Source: Candidatus Altarchaeum sp. (GTDB lineage: Archaea; Altiarchaeota; Altiarchaeia; Altiarchaeales; Altiarchaeaceae). Taken from it: a stretch of 22,442 bases of DNA. The stretch is from the NCBI GenBank assembly GCA_018260615.1, contig JAGWDQ010000131.1, positions 1 through 22,442 of the forward strand. The letters are read 5' to 3'. A program made the position numbers and the translations under genes. Below are positions 1 to 8,687 of the stretch, one piece after another. The notes under the pieces are model-generated. The model did not search any database. It was not told where the DNA came from and was given only the letters and a program-made list of their open reading frames with translations. Within the stretch, counting starts at the first letter, position 1. Every line of letters begins with the position of its first letter.

Positions 1-671
1 TTTTATAAAATGAGCAGTTACAAAATTTATTTACCACAACTTATTGAGAAGTTACGAAATTTTTCTCTTAAAATCATTTATGAATATTAAAGCAATGTAA
101 TCCTCCAAAAATTTACCTTTTATTCCCGGCGGGATAATGCCGTTTAAAATACCTGCCCTCAGCGATGGACTAACAAAGAGGAACTTTATTGGTTTTCTTA
201 TCTGTGTAAATTTCTGCCCGTAACTTTTTACTTCAATCAAAACACCGCTCTGAACCAGCGCATCAACAATGCCCCGCACCGAACGATAATCAAGTTTAAG
301 AACCTTGCCTAACTTGTCAAAATTTGTTGTATCAGAACTTGCGATTAGATATAAGAGGTCTTTAATTTTAGAAATTGTTTCGGAACTAAATTTTTTCATC
401 TCTAAAATATCTTTTGTAATGAGTTTATCCATTACTCCCGAAATCAGCTCATAAATCAAAGATCGTTTGTTTTTAAGTTGTAAAACAAACGGAAATCCGC
501 CGTAATAGAAAAATTCTTCTTCGGTTCCTGGCGGCAGTTTCAAAAAATAGCGGGTAATCTCCAGGGATGAGTCGTTAAGTGTCTTATATAATTCCCCTGC
601 ATCTTTGCTGAATAATACGCTTTCAGCGATATTATCGGATAAATTTCTTTCGGGATTGGGAAGTCCTTTAA

Positions 672-1091
672 GGGGTTGCTCAAAAATAACTTTTACTTTT
701 TAGCGTTTGTTCTATTCTTGTTATTTTGGTAAAATTGTATAATTCCATTCCGGATTTGTCTCGTGAAAGATAAGATTTAATTCTTTCATTTGATCATCTT
801 TTGATACCTCCATGACCAAGAAGCATTGCCTCCATAGCAACAAACCATCGGGTTTGATCTTCATCCAAAGTATCTAAAAATTTTAATGTAATGTTTTCTT
901 GAATTTTAGTTTCAATACTCATTATTATAGTGAAAATGCTAACCTTTGATACTAATACCGAACTCGTGCGCATTAAATTAAAGCATCAAAAGTTGATATT
1001 TTGACTATAATTAGTATTTTCATACTCATTATTAATTAACAATGTTATATAATAATTAGTTAAAAAGTCAACTTTATTTTTGAGCAACCCC
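672..1091 (-). mobile_element. Internally deleted ISAzo13-family-like IS (MITE-like, 420 bp)
   Basis: 31-bp terminal inverted repeats (672-702 / 1061-1091, 28/31 match, outer 18 bp perfect: GGGGTTGCTCAAAAATAA). 3-bp TSD TAA at 669-671 and 1092-1094. Contains transposase N- and C-terminal fragments. Confidence 0.88.
721..922 (-). pseudogene. Transposase remnant (ISAzo13-like N- and C-terminal fragments joined by a deletion)
   Basis: 922-794 encodes MSIETKIQENITLKFLDTLDEDQTRWFVAMEAMLLGHGGIKR*, resembling the ISAzo13 N-terminal LDERQRR...LGHGGI motif. 798-721, in another frame, encodes DDQMKELNLIFHETNPEWNYTILPK*, resembling the C-terminal WNYTI motif. Family recognised from memory. Confidence 0.75.
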
Positions 1092-1798
1092 TAAGGATAC
1101 AAAACTCATTAAATTTTAAAGGCTCAATTTCTTCGGAAAGAGAGCGTCTGGATAAGTCGGGATTCATTTTTAGTTTTAAAGCCGACGAACCGGTAGCAAT
1201 AACGAACAGATTTTTATGACCTTTTGTGGCATCAAACAAAACCTTCAGAAACAGCCCCCACTTTTCATCGTAGTGAATCTCATCCAAAAGAAGGATAATT
1301 TTTTTCTTCATGTCTACAAGACGGAAATCATTTATTTCCTGATAAAAACTGAAAAATTCATTAAGTTCAATTCCTTCTGCGGAAAGACGGCTGACATCCA
1401 AATACAACTTTTGATAGTCCTGTTCAAAAATTTTCGGAAAATCGCTTTACTGTGATTTGGAAATAAATTTCGGAGCAAAGTAAAGTTGTCCCAAAAGTGT
1501 TGTCTTTCCCACACCCCTTATACCTGACAGAATATTGATTTTCTCTATTTCATCAATTTGCTCATTCAAAAACCGCTCCAAAAGTTGAACATAATGGAAA
1601 AATTTATGTCTCGTGGGATTCAGGTTTCCCGTTCCATCATAAACATAACTGTTGATTAATTTTTCCTGCTCCAAAATCCACAAACTGTAAAATTTTTCTA
1701 TCTTTGCTCTTTCTGCCATTTTTAATTTATTAAAATTTGAACGAAGTGAAATTATTTTAAATTTAATTTTAAATTTAATTAGATTTTTGTTCCTTTAT

Positions 1799-1862
1799 TT
1801 TTCAATTGTATTCCAATCCAATTGAAAACTATGTTTTGATTGTATTCCAATCCAATTGAAAT
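1799..1862. repeat. Tandem 23-bp direct repeat with a hairpin; second unit resembles a CRISPR repeat
   Basis: ATTGTATTCCAATCCAATTGAAA at 1805-1827 and 1839-1861 (period 34). 10-bp inverted repeat TTTTCAATTG/CAATTGAAAA at 1799-1828. Lies just 3' of the minus-strand gene ending at 1865. Confidence 0.8.
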
Positions 1863-1864
1863 TT

Positions 1865-2353
1865 TTATCGCTTCGTCAATATCACTTCGCAAAATTTATC
1901 TCCCTTACTTCTCCTTTTGGTGCAACAATATTTGACATTTTTGTTTATTCCCTCTACTAATCCAATATCATATTCCTCAATTGAGGCACACACTTCAGGC
2001 GTCCAATTCTTCTTATCTTTCCACAAACATTTTGTCGCATGGATTATTATCTCATCGTTGTTTTCTTCTGCGATATAACTTTTTATCCCGAAAAGTGAGT
2101 TCGCAGCAATTGATGCAATTGCACATCCGTGCAAATTTCTCTCTATTTTCAATTTCTTAACAAATTCGTCAGCATCATTTACGCCCATATCATACAGTAT
2201 TTTTCCCAATTTTTTCTTGCCGTCTTTGTCAAGCATACAAAAAATATCATTGAACATTCTGCCGACTCCTCTCGCACTTTTTATCCATCTTAATCGCACA
2301 GGGATAAGGTCATGCACAACCACGAATTCCATTAATTTACTTTTAATGTTCAT
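1865..2353 (-). CDS. Hypothetical protein, V4R/ATC-hydrolase-like small ligand-binding fold
   Basis: 162-aa ORF with the Cys spacing KCLW...EVC...GDKFCEV that is typical of V4R-like domains. Family assignment by eye. Confidence 0.55.
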   Translation of the reverse strand: MNIKSKLMEFVVVHDLIPVRLRWIKSARGVGRMFNDIFCMLDKDGKKKLGKILYDMGVNDADEFVKKLKIERNLHGCAIASIAANSLFGIKSYIAEENNDEIIIHATKCLWKDKKNWTPEVCASIEEYDIGLVEGINKNVKYCCTKRRSKGDKFCEVILTKR

Positions 2354-2359
2354 CGTCTT

Positions 2360-2635
2360 TTATATTGTTGTCTTTATAATTTTTATCTCAAATTCAACAC
2401 CTCCGTCTGTCTCTATGCATCTCAGTTTTCCGGTATCTCCGCTGCCAATTCCGAAATCCTCAAATTTAACACCTTTTGAAATAGCAGTTAATACGGGCAA
2501 AAATGACGACAAAGCGTAAACACAAATTTTGTCACTTTCCGCCATATTTACTTCCGCACCTTCAATAACAAATTTATCTCCTTCCTTAAACACGGAACAT
2601 TTAATTACCTTTCTAGCGATAATTTCAATTTTCAT
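2360..2635 (-). CDS. TIGR04076-family-like small Cys-containing protein
   Basis: 91 aa. Pattern KC.VFK.GDKF...IC..AL..FLP...RC...G.VEFEI. Ends 6 nt before the start of the 1865-2353 gene, so probably co-transcribed. Confidence 0.6.
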   Translation of the reverse strand: MKIEIIARKVIKCSVFKEGDKFVIEGAEVNMAESDKICVYALSSFLPVLTAISKGVKFEDFGIGSGDTGKLRCIETDGGVEFEIKIIKTTI

Positions 2636-2710
2636 TTTTAAATTTTATCGTAATTATTAGAATGTTATAATTATTGTTTAGTAATAAAAATTAGACCTAA
2701 ATCAACAGAA

Positions 2711-4093
2711 ATGAAATTTAAAATTTTAACCTACGGATGTGCGATGAATAAGGCAGACAGTGAGTGTATTGCGGGAATAATCAGGGAAAAATTTCACTGT
2801 GAGATTGAGGAATATTTTGTAGACGAGGCAAAAAATTTTGCTCCTGATGAAGAAAATCTCAATTCAGGCAATAATTTTCTAATCATAAATACCTGTATAG
2901 TCAAGCAGCCAACGGAAAACAAAATTCTGGATTTGATGAGAAAGATAGAGAATAAAAGAGAAAATGAAAAATATCCGAATGTAATAGTCAGCGGTTGTCT
3001 GCCTGCAGCATATCCTGAAATTTGCGGGAAATTTAAATTTTCGTTCATCGGAACAAATGTTTCTGATATAGACAAGGCAATTGACGAGGCAATTGAAGGG
3101 AGAAAATTTGTCCGGATTGAAAAACAAAAAAACAAACTCTGTATTCCGAAATTTTCGTTTAATAAATTTATCTCTATAATTCCAATATCAGAAGGATGTC
3201 TTGGAAATTGTTCATACTGCTCAACAAAACTGGCACGGAAAAATTTAACTTCGTATAAGGAAGAGGAAATAACCGAAACAATAAAAAATGCAGTAAACAA
3301 TAATGCGAAAGAAATCTGGCTGACAAGTCAGGATACGGGATGCTACGGACTTGACACAGGCACAAACATCGCTAATTTGCTTAAAAAAATTTGCAGGATA
3401 GAAGGAAAATTTAAGGTTAGGGTCGGAATGCTCAATCCGAATTTTGCTTTAAATTTTTTGGATGATTTGATTGAGGTCTTTAAAAATGAAAAATTTTACA
3501 GGTTTATTCATATTCCGGTTCAGAGCGGAAGCAATAAAATTTTAAGCGATATGAAAAGAAATTATTGTGTTGGGGATTTTATCAAAGTTGCTGAAAAATT
3601 TAAAAGTATTGATGCGAGCATTTCAACGGACATCATTGTCGGATTTCCAACCGAAACGGAAGATGATTTTAAAGCAACCGTTGAATTAATTAAGAAAATT
3701 AAACCGGACATTTTAAATGTGTCAAAATTTTATGTCAGGAAGGGAACGATGGCTGAAAAAAATATAAGAAACAGGCAATGGAAATGTGATACGAAAATTG
3801 CAAAAGAACGGTCGTCGTTAATTTCCAAAATTTTCAGGGAAATTTCAGGGGAGAATAATAAAAAGTGGCTTAACTGGGAAGGGGAAATTTTGACAGATGA
3901 AGAGGATGATAATGTTCTTATAGGAAGAAATTTTGCATATAAAAAAATTCATATAAGGGGTGATGAATATAATGATAAAATGTCAGGTAAATTTGTCCGT
4001 TGCAGAATTATTAAAGCAGGGGAAATTCTGGAAGGGGAAATTTTAGAGAATTTTGAAAATATGAGAGATTTTGAAAATATCCGAACGAAGTGA
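2711..4093 (+). CDS. mtaB: Radical SAM tRNA methylthiotransferase (archaeal MiaB-like / MtaB, t6A37 C2-methylthiotransferase)
   Basis: N-terminal UPF0004 motifs TYGCAMN, NTC and SGCLP. Radical SAM motif CLGNCSYC. HIPVQSGS and TDIIVGFPTETEDDF. C-terminal TRAM-like region. Confidence 0.88.
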   Translation: MKFKILTYGCAMNKADSECIAGIIREKFHCEIEEYFVDEAKNFAPDEENLNSGNNFLIINTCIVKQPTENKILDLMRKIENKRENEKYPNVIVSGCLPAAYPEICGKFKFSFIGTNVSDIDKAIDEAIEGRKFVRIEKQKNKLCIPKFSFNKFISIIPISEGCLGNCSYCSTKLARKNLTSYKEEEITETIKNAVNNNAKEIWLTSQDTGCYGLDTGTNIANLLKKICRIEGKFKVRVGMLNPNFALNFLDDLIEVFKNEKFYRFIHIPVQSGSNKILSDMKRNYCVGDFIKVAEKFKSIDASISTDIIVGFPTETEDDFKATVELIKKIKPDILNVSKFYVRKGTMAEKNIRNRQWKCDTKIAKERSSLISKIFREISGENNKKWLNWEGEILTDEEDDNVLIGRNFAYKKIHIRGDEYNDKMSGKFVRCRIIKAGEILEGEILENFENMRDFENIRTK

Positions 4094-4137
4094 GGTTAAT
4101 GAGGTTAATTATGGAAAAGTAATTATTTACTGCTAAA

Positions 4138-4875
4138 ATGCGACTTTTAATAAAATTAAGGAATGCGAAAGAGCAGGCGTATGATTTGAAGTATTACCAC
4201 AAATTACAGGGCTTTATATATGATTTAATAAAAGATACAGATTACGGCGAACTTCATAATCGCGAGGGATATAAGTTTTTCTCTTTCTCAAATATTTTTC
4301 CGATGAAAACAGGTAAAGGCGACGAAAGGAATCTCATGCTCGCATCACCGAGCGGGAAATTTATTGATGCGGTTTCAGGTAAATTAAGCGGGAGAAAAGA
4401 GAAATTACTGCACATAGGAGAATACGAACTTGAACTTTGCGAGATAAAAAAAATAAAACCAAAACTGGAAAATAAATGCACCATTATAACGGGAACACCC
4501 ATAGTAATAAGAATACCGAAAGAGAACTATGAAAAATACGGCATAGAAGAAGAATACGATTCAACTTACTGGAAAAAGGAGTACTCTTTTGAACCGTTCA
4601 TAAAACAGCTTGAAAGTAATTTATTTAAGAAATATAATGCATTCTATAACACAGGAATAAATGAATTTCCGATATTTGAGCAGTTCATATTCAAAAAACC
4701 AACAGTCAACCATGTTATAAAAAACGGGATGGAGCATAAGGTATTCGGATCTGTGTGGGAGTTTAATTTCAATCATTTAAATGATTCGCAGAGAAGGATT
4801 CTTGAATTCGGATTGGATACGGGATTCGGGGAAATGAATTCGCTGGGGTTTGGATTTATGAATGTGGAAAAATGA
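4138..4875 (+). CDS. cas6: CRISPR-associated endoribonuclease Cas6
   Basis: YHKLQGFIY, FFSFSNIF, TGTPIV and the C-terminal Gly-rich loop GFGEMNSLGFGF. Confidence 0.95.
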   Translation: MRLLIKLRNAKEQAYDLKYYHKLQGFIYDLIKDTDYGELHNREGYKFFSFSNIFPMKTGKGDERNLMLASPSGKFIDAVSGKLSGRKEKLLHIGEYELELCEIKKIKPKLENKCTIITGTPIVIRIPKENYEKYGIEEEYDSTYWKKEYSFEPFIKQLESNLFKKYNAFYNTGINEFPIFEQFIFKKPTVNHVIKNGMEHKVFGSVWEFNFNHLNDSQRRILEFGLDTGFGEMNSLGFGFMNVEK

Positions 4876-4928
4876 AGTATTTATATTTAAATTTTTAATT
4901 TTAAAATTTACTCGCTGTCAATCGTAAA

Positions 4929-5342
4929 ATGAATATAAAACGAAAAGTGCGGACGCTTGGATTTCCAAAAAAACCAAAACCAAAAGTTCCGGAGCAGACA
5001 AAGGTGGAAGTAGGAAAAATATGCAATGAATTTGTTGAATCATTTTTAAAGCCGCAATACATTAAACCGCCGCCAAAAGATAATGATTTTAACTATGTTG
5101 TTGACATATACACAAAATGGCGCCTCAATTGTTTCTATTTCATCGCAAAATACAGATGTCCGGGCCCTAACGCAGTATCTCTGTTCTTTGAAGATAAATT
5201 TGCCAGAATTGAATATGTGGATAAAAACAAATTTAATCTGTCATATATGAGACACACAGAACAGTGGTTTGAGATTTTTACGGAAATATCACTTAAAGAA
5301 TGCATAGAGGCAATAAAAGAAATGCCTCATTTTATGCCTTGA
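4929..5342 (+). CDS. Conserved hypothetical protein (possibly DUF3024-like)
   Basis: 137-aa ORF with protein-like composition and the motif FARIEYV..NKFNLSYMRHTEQW. Not a recognisable Cas protein. Confidence 0.65.
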   Translation: MNIKRKVRTLGFPKKPKPKVPEQTKVEVGKICNEFVESFLKPQYIKPPPKDNDFNYVVDIYTKWRLNCFYFIAKYRCPGPNAVSLFFEDKFARIEYVDKNKFNLSYMRHTEQWFEIFTEISLKECIEAIKEMPHFMP

Positions 5343-5446
5343 TAAAATTTAAATTTAAAACGCCAATTGCACATTATAAATATAAAACAAAGATTTAACC
5401 TACATTCCGCACATTCTATCAAATTTTTTAATTTCCGATTGTTTTT

Positions 5447-5460
5447 CGCAAAATTTATAA
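5447..5460 (+). promoter_or_regulatory. Putative BRE-TATA element upstream of cas8
   Basis: CGCAAAATTTATAA, close to CGAAAATTTATAA in the CRISPR leader (14933-14945). A second TTTATAA is near 5530. Confidence 0.4.
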
Positions 5461-5625
5461 CAAAAATTTGTAAATTTTATCGTTTTTGAGGGTGATGTGT
5501 GGAATGTAAGATATAAGGTTAAGAAATAAATTTATAATTATACAATCATAATTATATTAAGAAAATTTAATTGAATGTATGAAAAGTAAATTTAATGACA
5601 ATCTTAATTAAACTATAAAAGAGAT

Positions 5626-6978
5626 ATGGAAAATATTATTTATAAATTTACAGGTGATCCTTTTGTAGATGCTGGAATCTGGGCTATATGTGGATGGGTT
5701 GGTAAGACAAAACCAGAGGAATTAGATAAAGAGGATTTAAAAAAGATAACTGGAGACATAGTTCAACTTTATTTAACTGAAAAATGGGCGAAATCTCTTT
5801 TTTCAATTTTTCCAAACAACCCAATTACAAATCCTTCTGTAAAAGACAAGAAAACGAGATATTCTAATTATCTGAATGGACTAATTGGATATATAAACAA
5901 AATGCCCGCTGAAGCAACTGGAAATTGTATTAGTTGCGGCCATAGAGATGTTAAAGAAATTAGGACAAAAACAGATATTCCATTAATTGGTTCAGGTACT
6001 ATGATAAATTTCTTTCCTTCTGGGCAATCTGGTGGAGATTATTGTCCCGCGTGCACATTTGCTGTCCAGTTTTCACCTTTGGTTTTATATCGATGTGGTA
6101 AATTGCTGTTAGTTCATTCAAATTCAGATAAAATTATGCGTTATTGGTCCAAGAAAGCAATTAAAGATGTGAGAAGACAAACTCTTATGAAAGGATATAC
6201 CGGATGTTTTAATGAATATTTCACAAACCCAATAAATGCTCTTTTCAATATAATTGAGTCTATGATAAGAGAGTATGATGAAAACTGGCTTAATGAAAAT
6301 CCTTCAATAAACCTATATCATTTTACAAATTATAATCAAGGACCTGATATTGATACGTATCATGTCCCAACACCTATTTTTATGTTTTTGGCTTATGTAA
6401 AACAACATGAGAGGTATGACGATTGGAAAAAAATTGTTAAAAAAGGGTACAAGAAAGTCGATTGGGATAAAGTAAAAGAAGAAGATGAGTATAAGAATAA
6501 AACTAACTTAGTTTATAATAATTTATTAAAAAATAAATCAATAATAGGGTATTTCCTTAATAGAAAAAATAGAGAAATAATTGGTGACTGGAACTTATTT
6601 ATATTTTATTTAAAAGAAGTAAAAAAAATGGATCCAAAACGATTGGAAACCCTTAAAAGGGTGGGAGATGAATTGTCTGAATATATAAAGTCAACGGACA
6701 ATACAAAAAGATTGAGTGATTTAGAAAGGGTAAAAAATTATGGCAGTTTTAGAAATATTCTAAGGAAAATTATTAAAGATAGAATTAACAATGCAGATAA
6801 ACCAATGTTTTCGTTGGAGGAATATGTAGAATATTTGTTTCCGGACGGATATCTTAGCTGGAGGGAAACACAAGATTTGCTTTTATTCAGAATATATGAA
6901 GATTTACATGATTGGTTGAAAAACAAAGAATTACCTGAAAATGAAGTTGAGGAAGAAATAAGTGATGATAAAAATTAA
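5626..6978 (+). CDS. cas8b1: Type I-B Cas8b1/Cst1 (CXXC-CXXC) large subunit
   Basis: N-terminal FTGDPFVDAG, SIFPN, CISC and CPAC motifs. Directly precedes cas7 and cas5. Confidence 0.92.
   Translation: MENIIYKFTGDPFVDAGIWAICGWVGKTKPEELDKEDLKKITGDIVQLYLTEKWAKSLFSIFPNNPITNPSVKDKKTRYSNYLNGLIGYINKMPAEATGNCISCGHRDVKEIRTKTDIPLIGSGTMINFFPSGQSGGDYCPACTFAVQFSPLVLYRCGKLLLVHSNSDKIMRYWSKKAIKDVRRQTLMKGYTGCFNEYFTNPINALFNIIESMIREYDENWLNENPSINLYHFTNYNQGPDIDTYHVPTPIFMFLAYVKQHERYDDWKKIVKKGYKKVDWDKVKEEDEYKNKTNLVYNNLLKNKSIIGYFLNRKNREIIGDWNLFIFYLKEVKKMDPKRLETLKRVGDELSEYIKSTDNTKRLSDLERVKNYGSFRNILRKIIKDRINNADKPMFSLEEYVEYLFPDGYLSWRETQDLLLFRIYEDLHDWLKNKELPENEVEEEISDDKN
6628..6978 (+). CDS. cas11: Probable internally initiated Cas11 small subunit (116 aa)
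   Basis: In-frame ATG (M335) after LKEVKK, followed by a helical C-terminal domain. Internal Cas11 translation from cas8 is established for type I-B. Initiation here is inferred. Confidence 0.6.
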   Translation: MDPKRLETLKRVGDELSEYIKSTDNTKRLSDLERVKNYGSFRNILRKIIKDRINNADKPMFSLEEYVEYLFPDGYLSWRETQDLLLFRIYEDLHDWLKNKELPENEVEEEISDDKN

Positions 6979-7004
6979 TAAATTTAAAAAACAAAATAAA
7001 GAAA

Positions 7005-8057
7005 ATGGCAAAAAATGTAATCGGCTTTATGCTGGTGGATGCGCCTCATTCGGCGTTGAATAATGCTGGAAGTGATGTGGGAGAAAGAACGGACAATATA
7101 GTCAAAGTCAAATTAATTCGTAGAGGAAAGGATTCATATCCTTATGTGTCTGGTCAGGCGGTGAGATACTGGTGGAGAGATACACTACAATCAAAATTTG
7201 AGTGGAAATTATCCCCTATTGAAAGAAAAGAAAAAATTGCTTTTACAGCCGCGAACCCTGTGGAATATGCTGACGATGATATTTTTGGTTATATGCGGGC
7301 ACTTAAAAAGGATAAAAAATCGGAGGAAAAGAATAAAAAGGAATATGTAAAGGATAAAACGGAAGAGGGAGGCACCGTTACAAGATTATCACCTCTAAAA
7401 AATTCCCCTTTAATCTCCGTTATTAGCCAGATACCAACCAATGATTTTGGAGTTATGGCTCGACATGAAGGCAATCCAGTACCTTATGAACACGAATTTT
7501 ATTCAACAGTTTTAAAAGGCATATTTTCTCTGGATTTAGACCGTGTAGGTATATTCTATGGAAAAGAAAAAACAGGATATAAGAACATGTACTCTAAATT
7601 GGAAGAGATTGCTAAAGAAAAAGGTGCTGAAAAAGATGGCGATAGATGGGTTATGCCAAAAGATGTGAGAATAAAAAGAGCAAAAGAAGCTATTGCTGTT
7701 CTCCCATATATTAGCGGCGGTGCTAAGCAAACACCCCATCTGACTGATGTTTCACCAAAGTTTTTGGTTTTAGCGGTTTTAGATGGCGGAAACCATATTT
7801 TCATGAATATTGCAAAGGAAGATAATAGAGAAACAACAATAAGCATTGACGCACTAAAAGAGGTAATAAATGATTACTCTGATTGTCTATTAACTAATAT
7901 ATACATAGGACGCCGGGAAGGTTTTATGGACGAAATAGATGAGAAAATCAAAGGATTAGTTAAAGAATACGAAAATAAAGAAAAGAAAATAATTTACAAA
8001 TCAATAAATGAGGTTGTAAAAGATTTCGTTGAAGAAATACCTAAATTCATAAAATAA
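7005..8057 (+). CDS. cas7: Type I-B Cas7/Cst2/DevR
   Basis: DAPHSALNN, YVSGQAVRYWWR, DDDIFGYM, RLSPLK and GGAKQT motifs. Confidence 0.95.
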   Translation: MAKNVIGFMLVDAPHSALNNAGSDVGERTDNIVKVKLIRRGKDSYPYVSGQAVRYWWRDTLQSKFEWKLSPIERKEKIAFTAANPVEYADDDIFGYMRALKKDKKSEEKNKKEYVKDKTEEGGTVTRLSPLKNSPLISVISQIPTNDFGVMARHEGNPVPYEHEFYSTVLKGIFSLDLDRVGIFYGKEKTGYKNMYSKLEEIAKEKGAEKDGDRWVMPKDVRIKRAKEAIAVLPYISGGAKQTPHLTDVSPKFLVLAVLDGGNHIFMNIAKEDNRETTISIDALKEVINDYSDCLLTNIYIGRREGFMDEIDEKIKGLVKEYENKEKKIIYKSINEVVKDFVEEIPKFIK

Positions 8058-8059
8058 AT

Positions 8060-8683
8060 ATGGACGTATTAAGGATTCTAATTGAAGGATGGACTGCCTC
8101 TTTTAGATACCCGAGTTTTATTAGCGGATACCAGCCAACACTTCCATCACCGCCTTTGAGTACAATTTACGGTTTGATATCATCAGCAAAGGGTGAACTT
8201 GTTGGTCCCGAGGATTTATGTGTAGGATATGTTTTTGATTGTGAAAGTAAAGCAGTTGATTTAGAGACAATTTATGAATTAAGTCCAAACTTGCATGCTA
8301 AATCAAATGTTATAAAAAGAGAATTTCTATTCAACCCTAAATTACATCTTTATATCAAAGATTTAAGTTACGAACAATATTTTAAGAAACCATATTATTC
8401 CATGCTGTTTGGAAGATCAACGGACCTTGCAATGGTAAAGGAAATTAAAAAAATAAAATTATCTGAAAGAGAAAATATTAATGTGGGAAAAACAATACTT
8501 CCAATGGAATTGGCTGGTGCTCATGGCCATGTTGTCCCTTTACCAACTCATTTTACAGATACAATACCAAGAAAGGTAATTGGAGTTAAACCATATATCT
8601 TAATGACGGAATTTTTTAAATATTCTGCTAAATGTCCATACGATGAAGAAAAGGGATGGGGAGTATGGTTTCATGAGAAATAA
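8060..8683 (+). CDS. cas5: Type I-B Cas5
   Basis: ASFRYP...QPTLPSPPLSTIYGLISSAKG N-terminal signature and FGRSTDL. Confidence 0.95.
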   Translation: MDVLRILIEGWTASFRYPSFISGYQPTLPSPPLSTIYGLISSAKGELVGPEDLCVGYVFDCESKAVDLETIYELSPNLHAKSNVIKREFLFNPKLHLYIKDLSYEQYFKKPYYSMLFGRSTDLAMVKEIKKIKLSERENINVGKTILPMELAGAHGHVVPLPTHFTDTIPRKVIGVKPYILMTEFFKYSAKCPYDEEKGWGVWFHEK

Positions 8684-8687
8684 AAAG

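Larger units (their letters stand above)
52..1719 (-). pseudogene. AAA+ ATPase (AAA_14/DUF4143-type), disrupted
   Basis: Three ORF pieces: Walker A GIRGVGKT (1447-1719), Walker B LLLDEIHY (1060-1407) and YYGGFP/DUF4143-like part (52-543). The TAA at 1447-1449 is in frame with the next piece (SQ*SDFPKIFEQDYQKLYLD). Removing 672-1094 rejoins the frame (FCIL-KGLPNPERNLSDNIAESVLFSKDAGELYKTLNDSSLEITRYFLKLPPG). It stops before the ECDF...IEVK C-terminus seen in the paralogue at 11277. Confidence 0.9.

Noticed and set aside
4040-4110. Short duplications at the mtaB 3' end (ATTTTGAAAATAT x2, TGAGGTTAA x2) and GAACGAAGTGA shared with 1740-1750
   Set aside because: Look like local slippage. An 11-nt match is expected by chance in 15 kb.
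8643-8687. Longer cas3 start (MKKRDGEYGF...)
   Set aside because: Overlaps the cas5 3' end by 41 nt. The ATG at 8688, just after the cas5 stop, gives the usual LAKP start.
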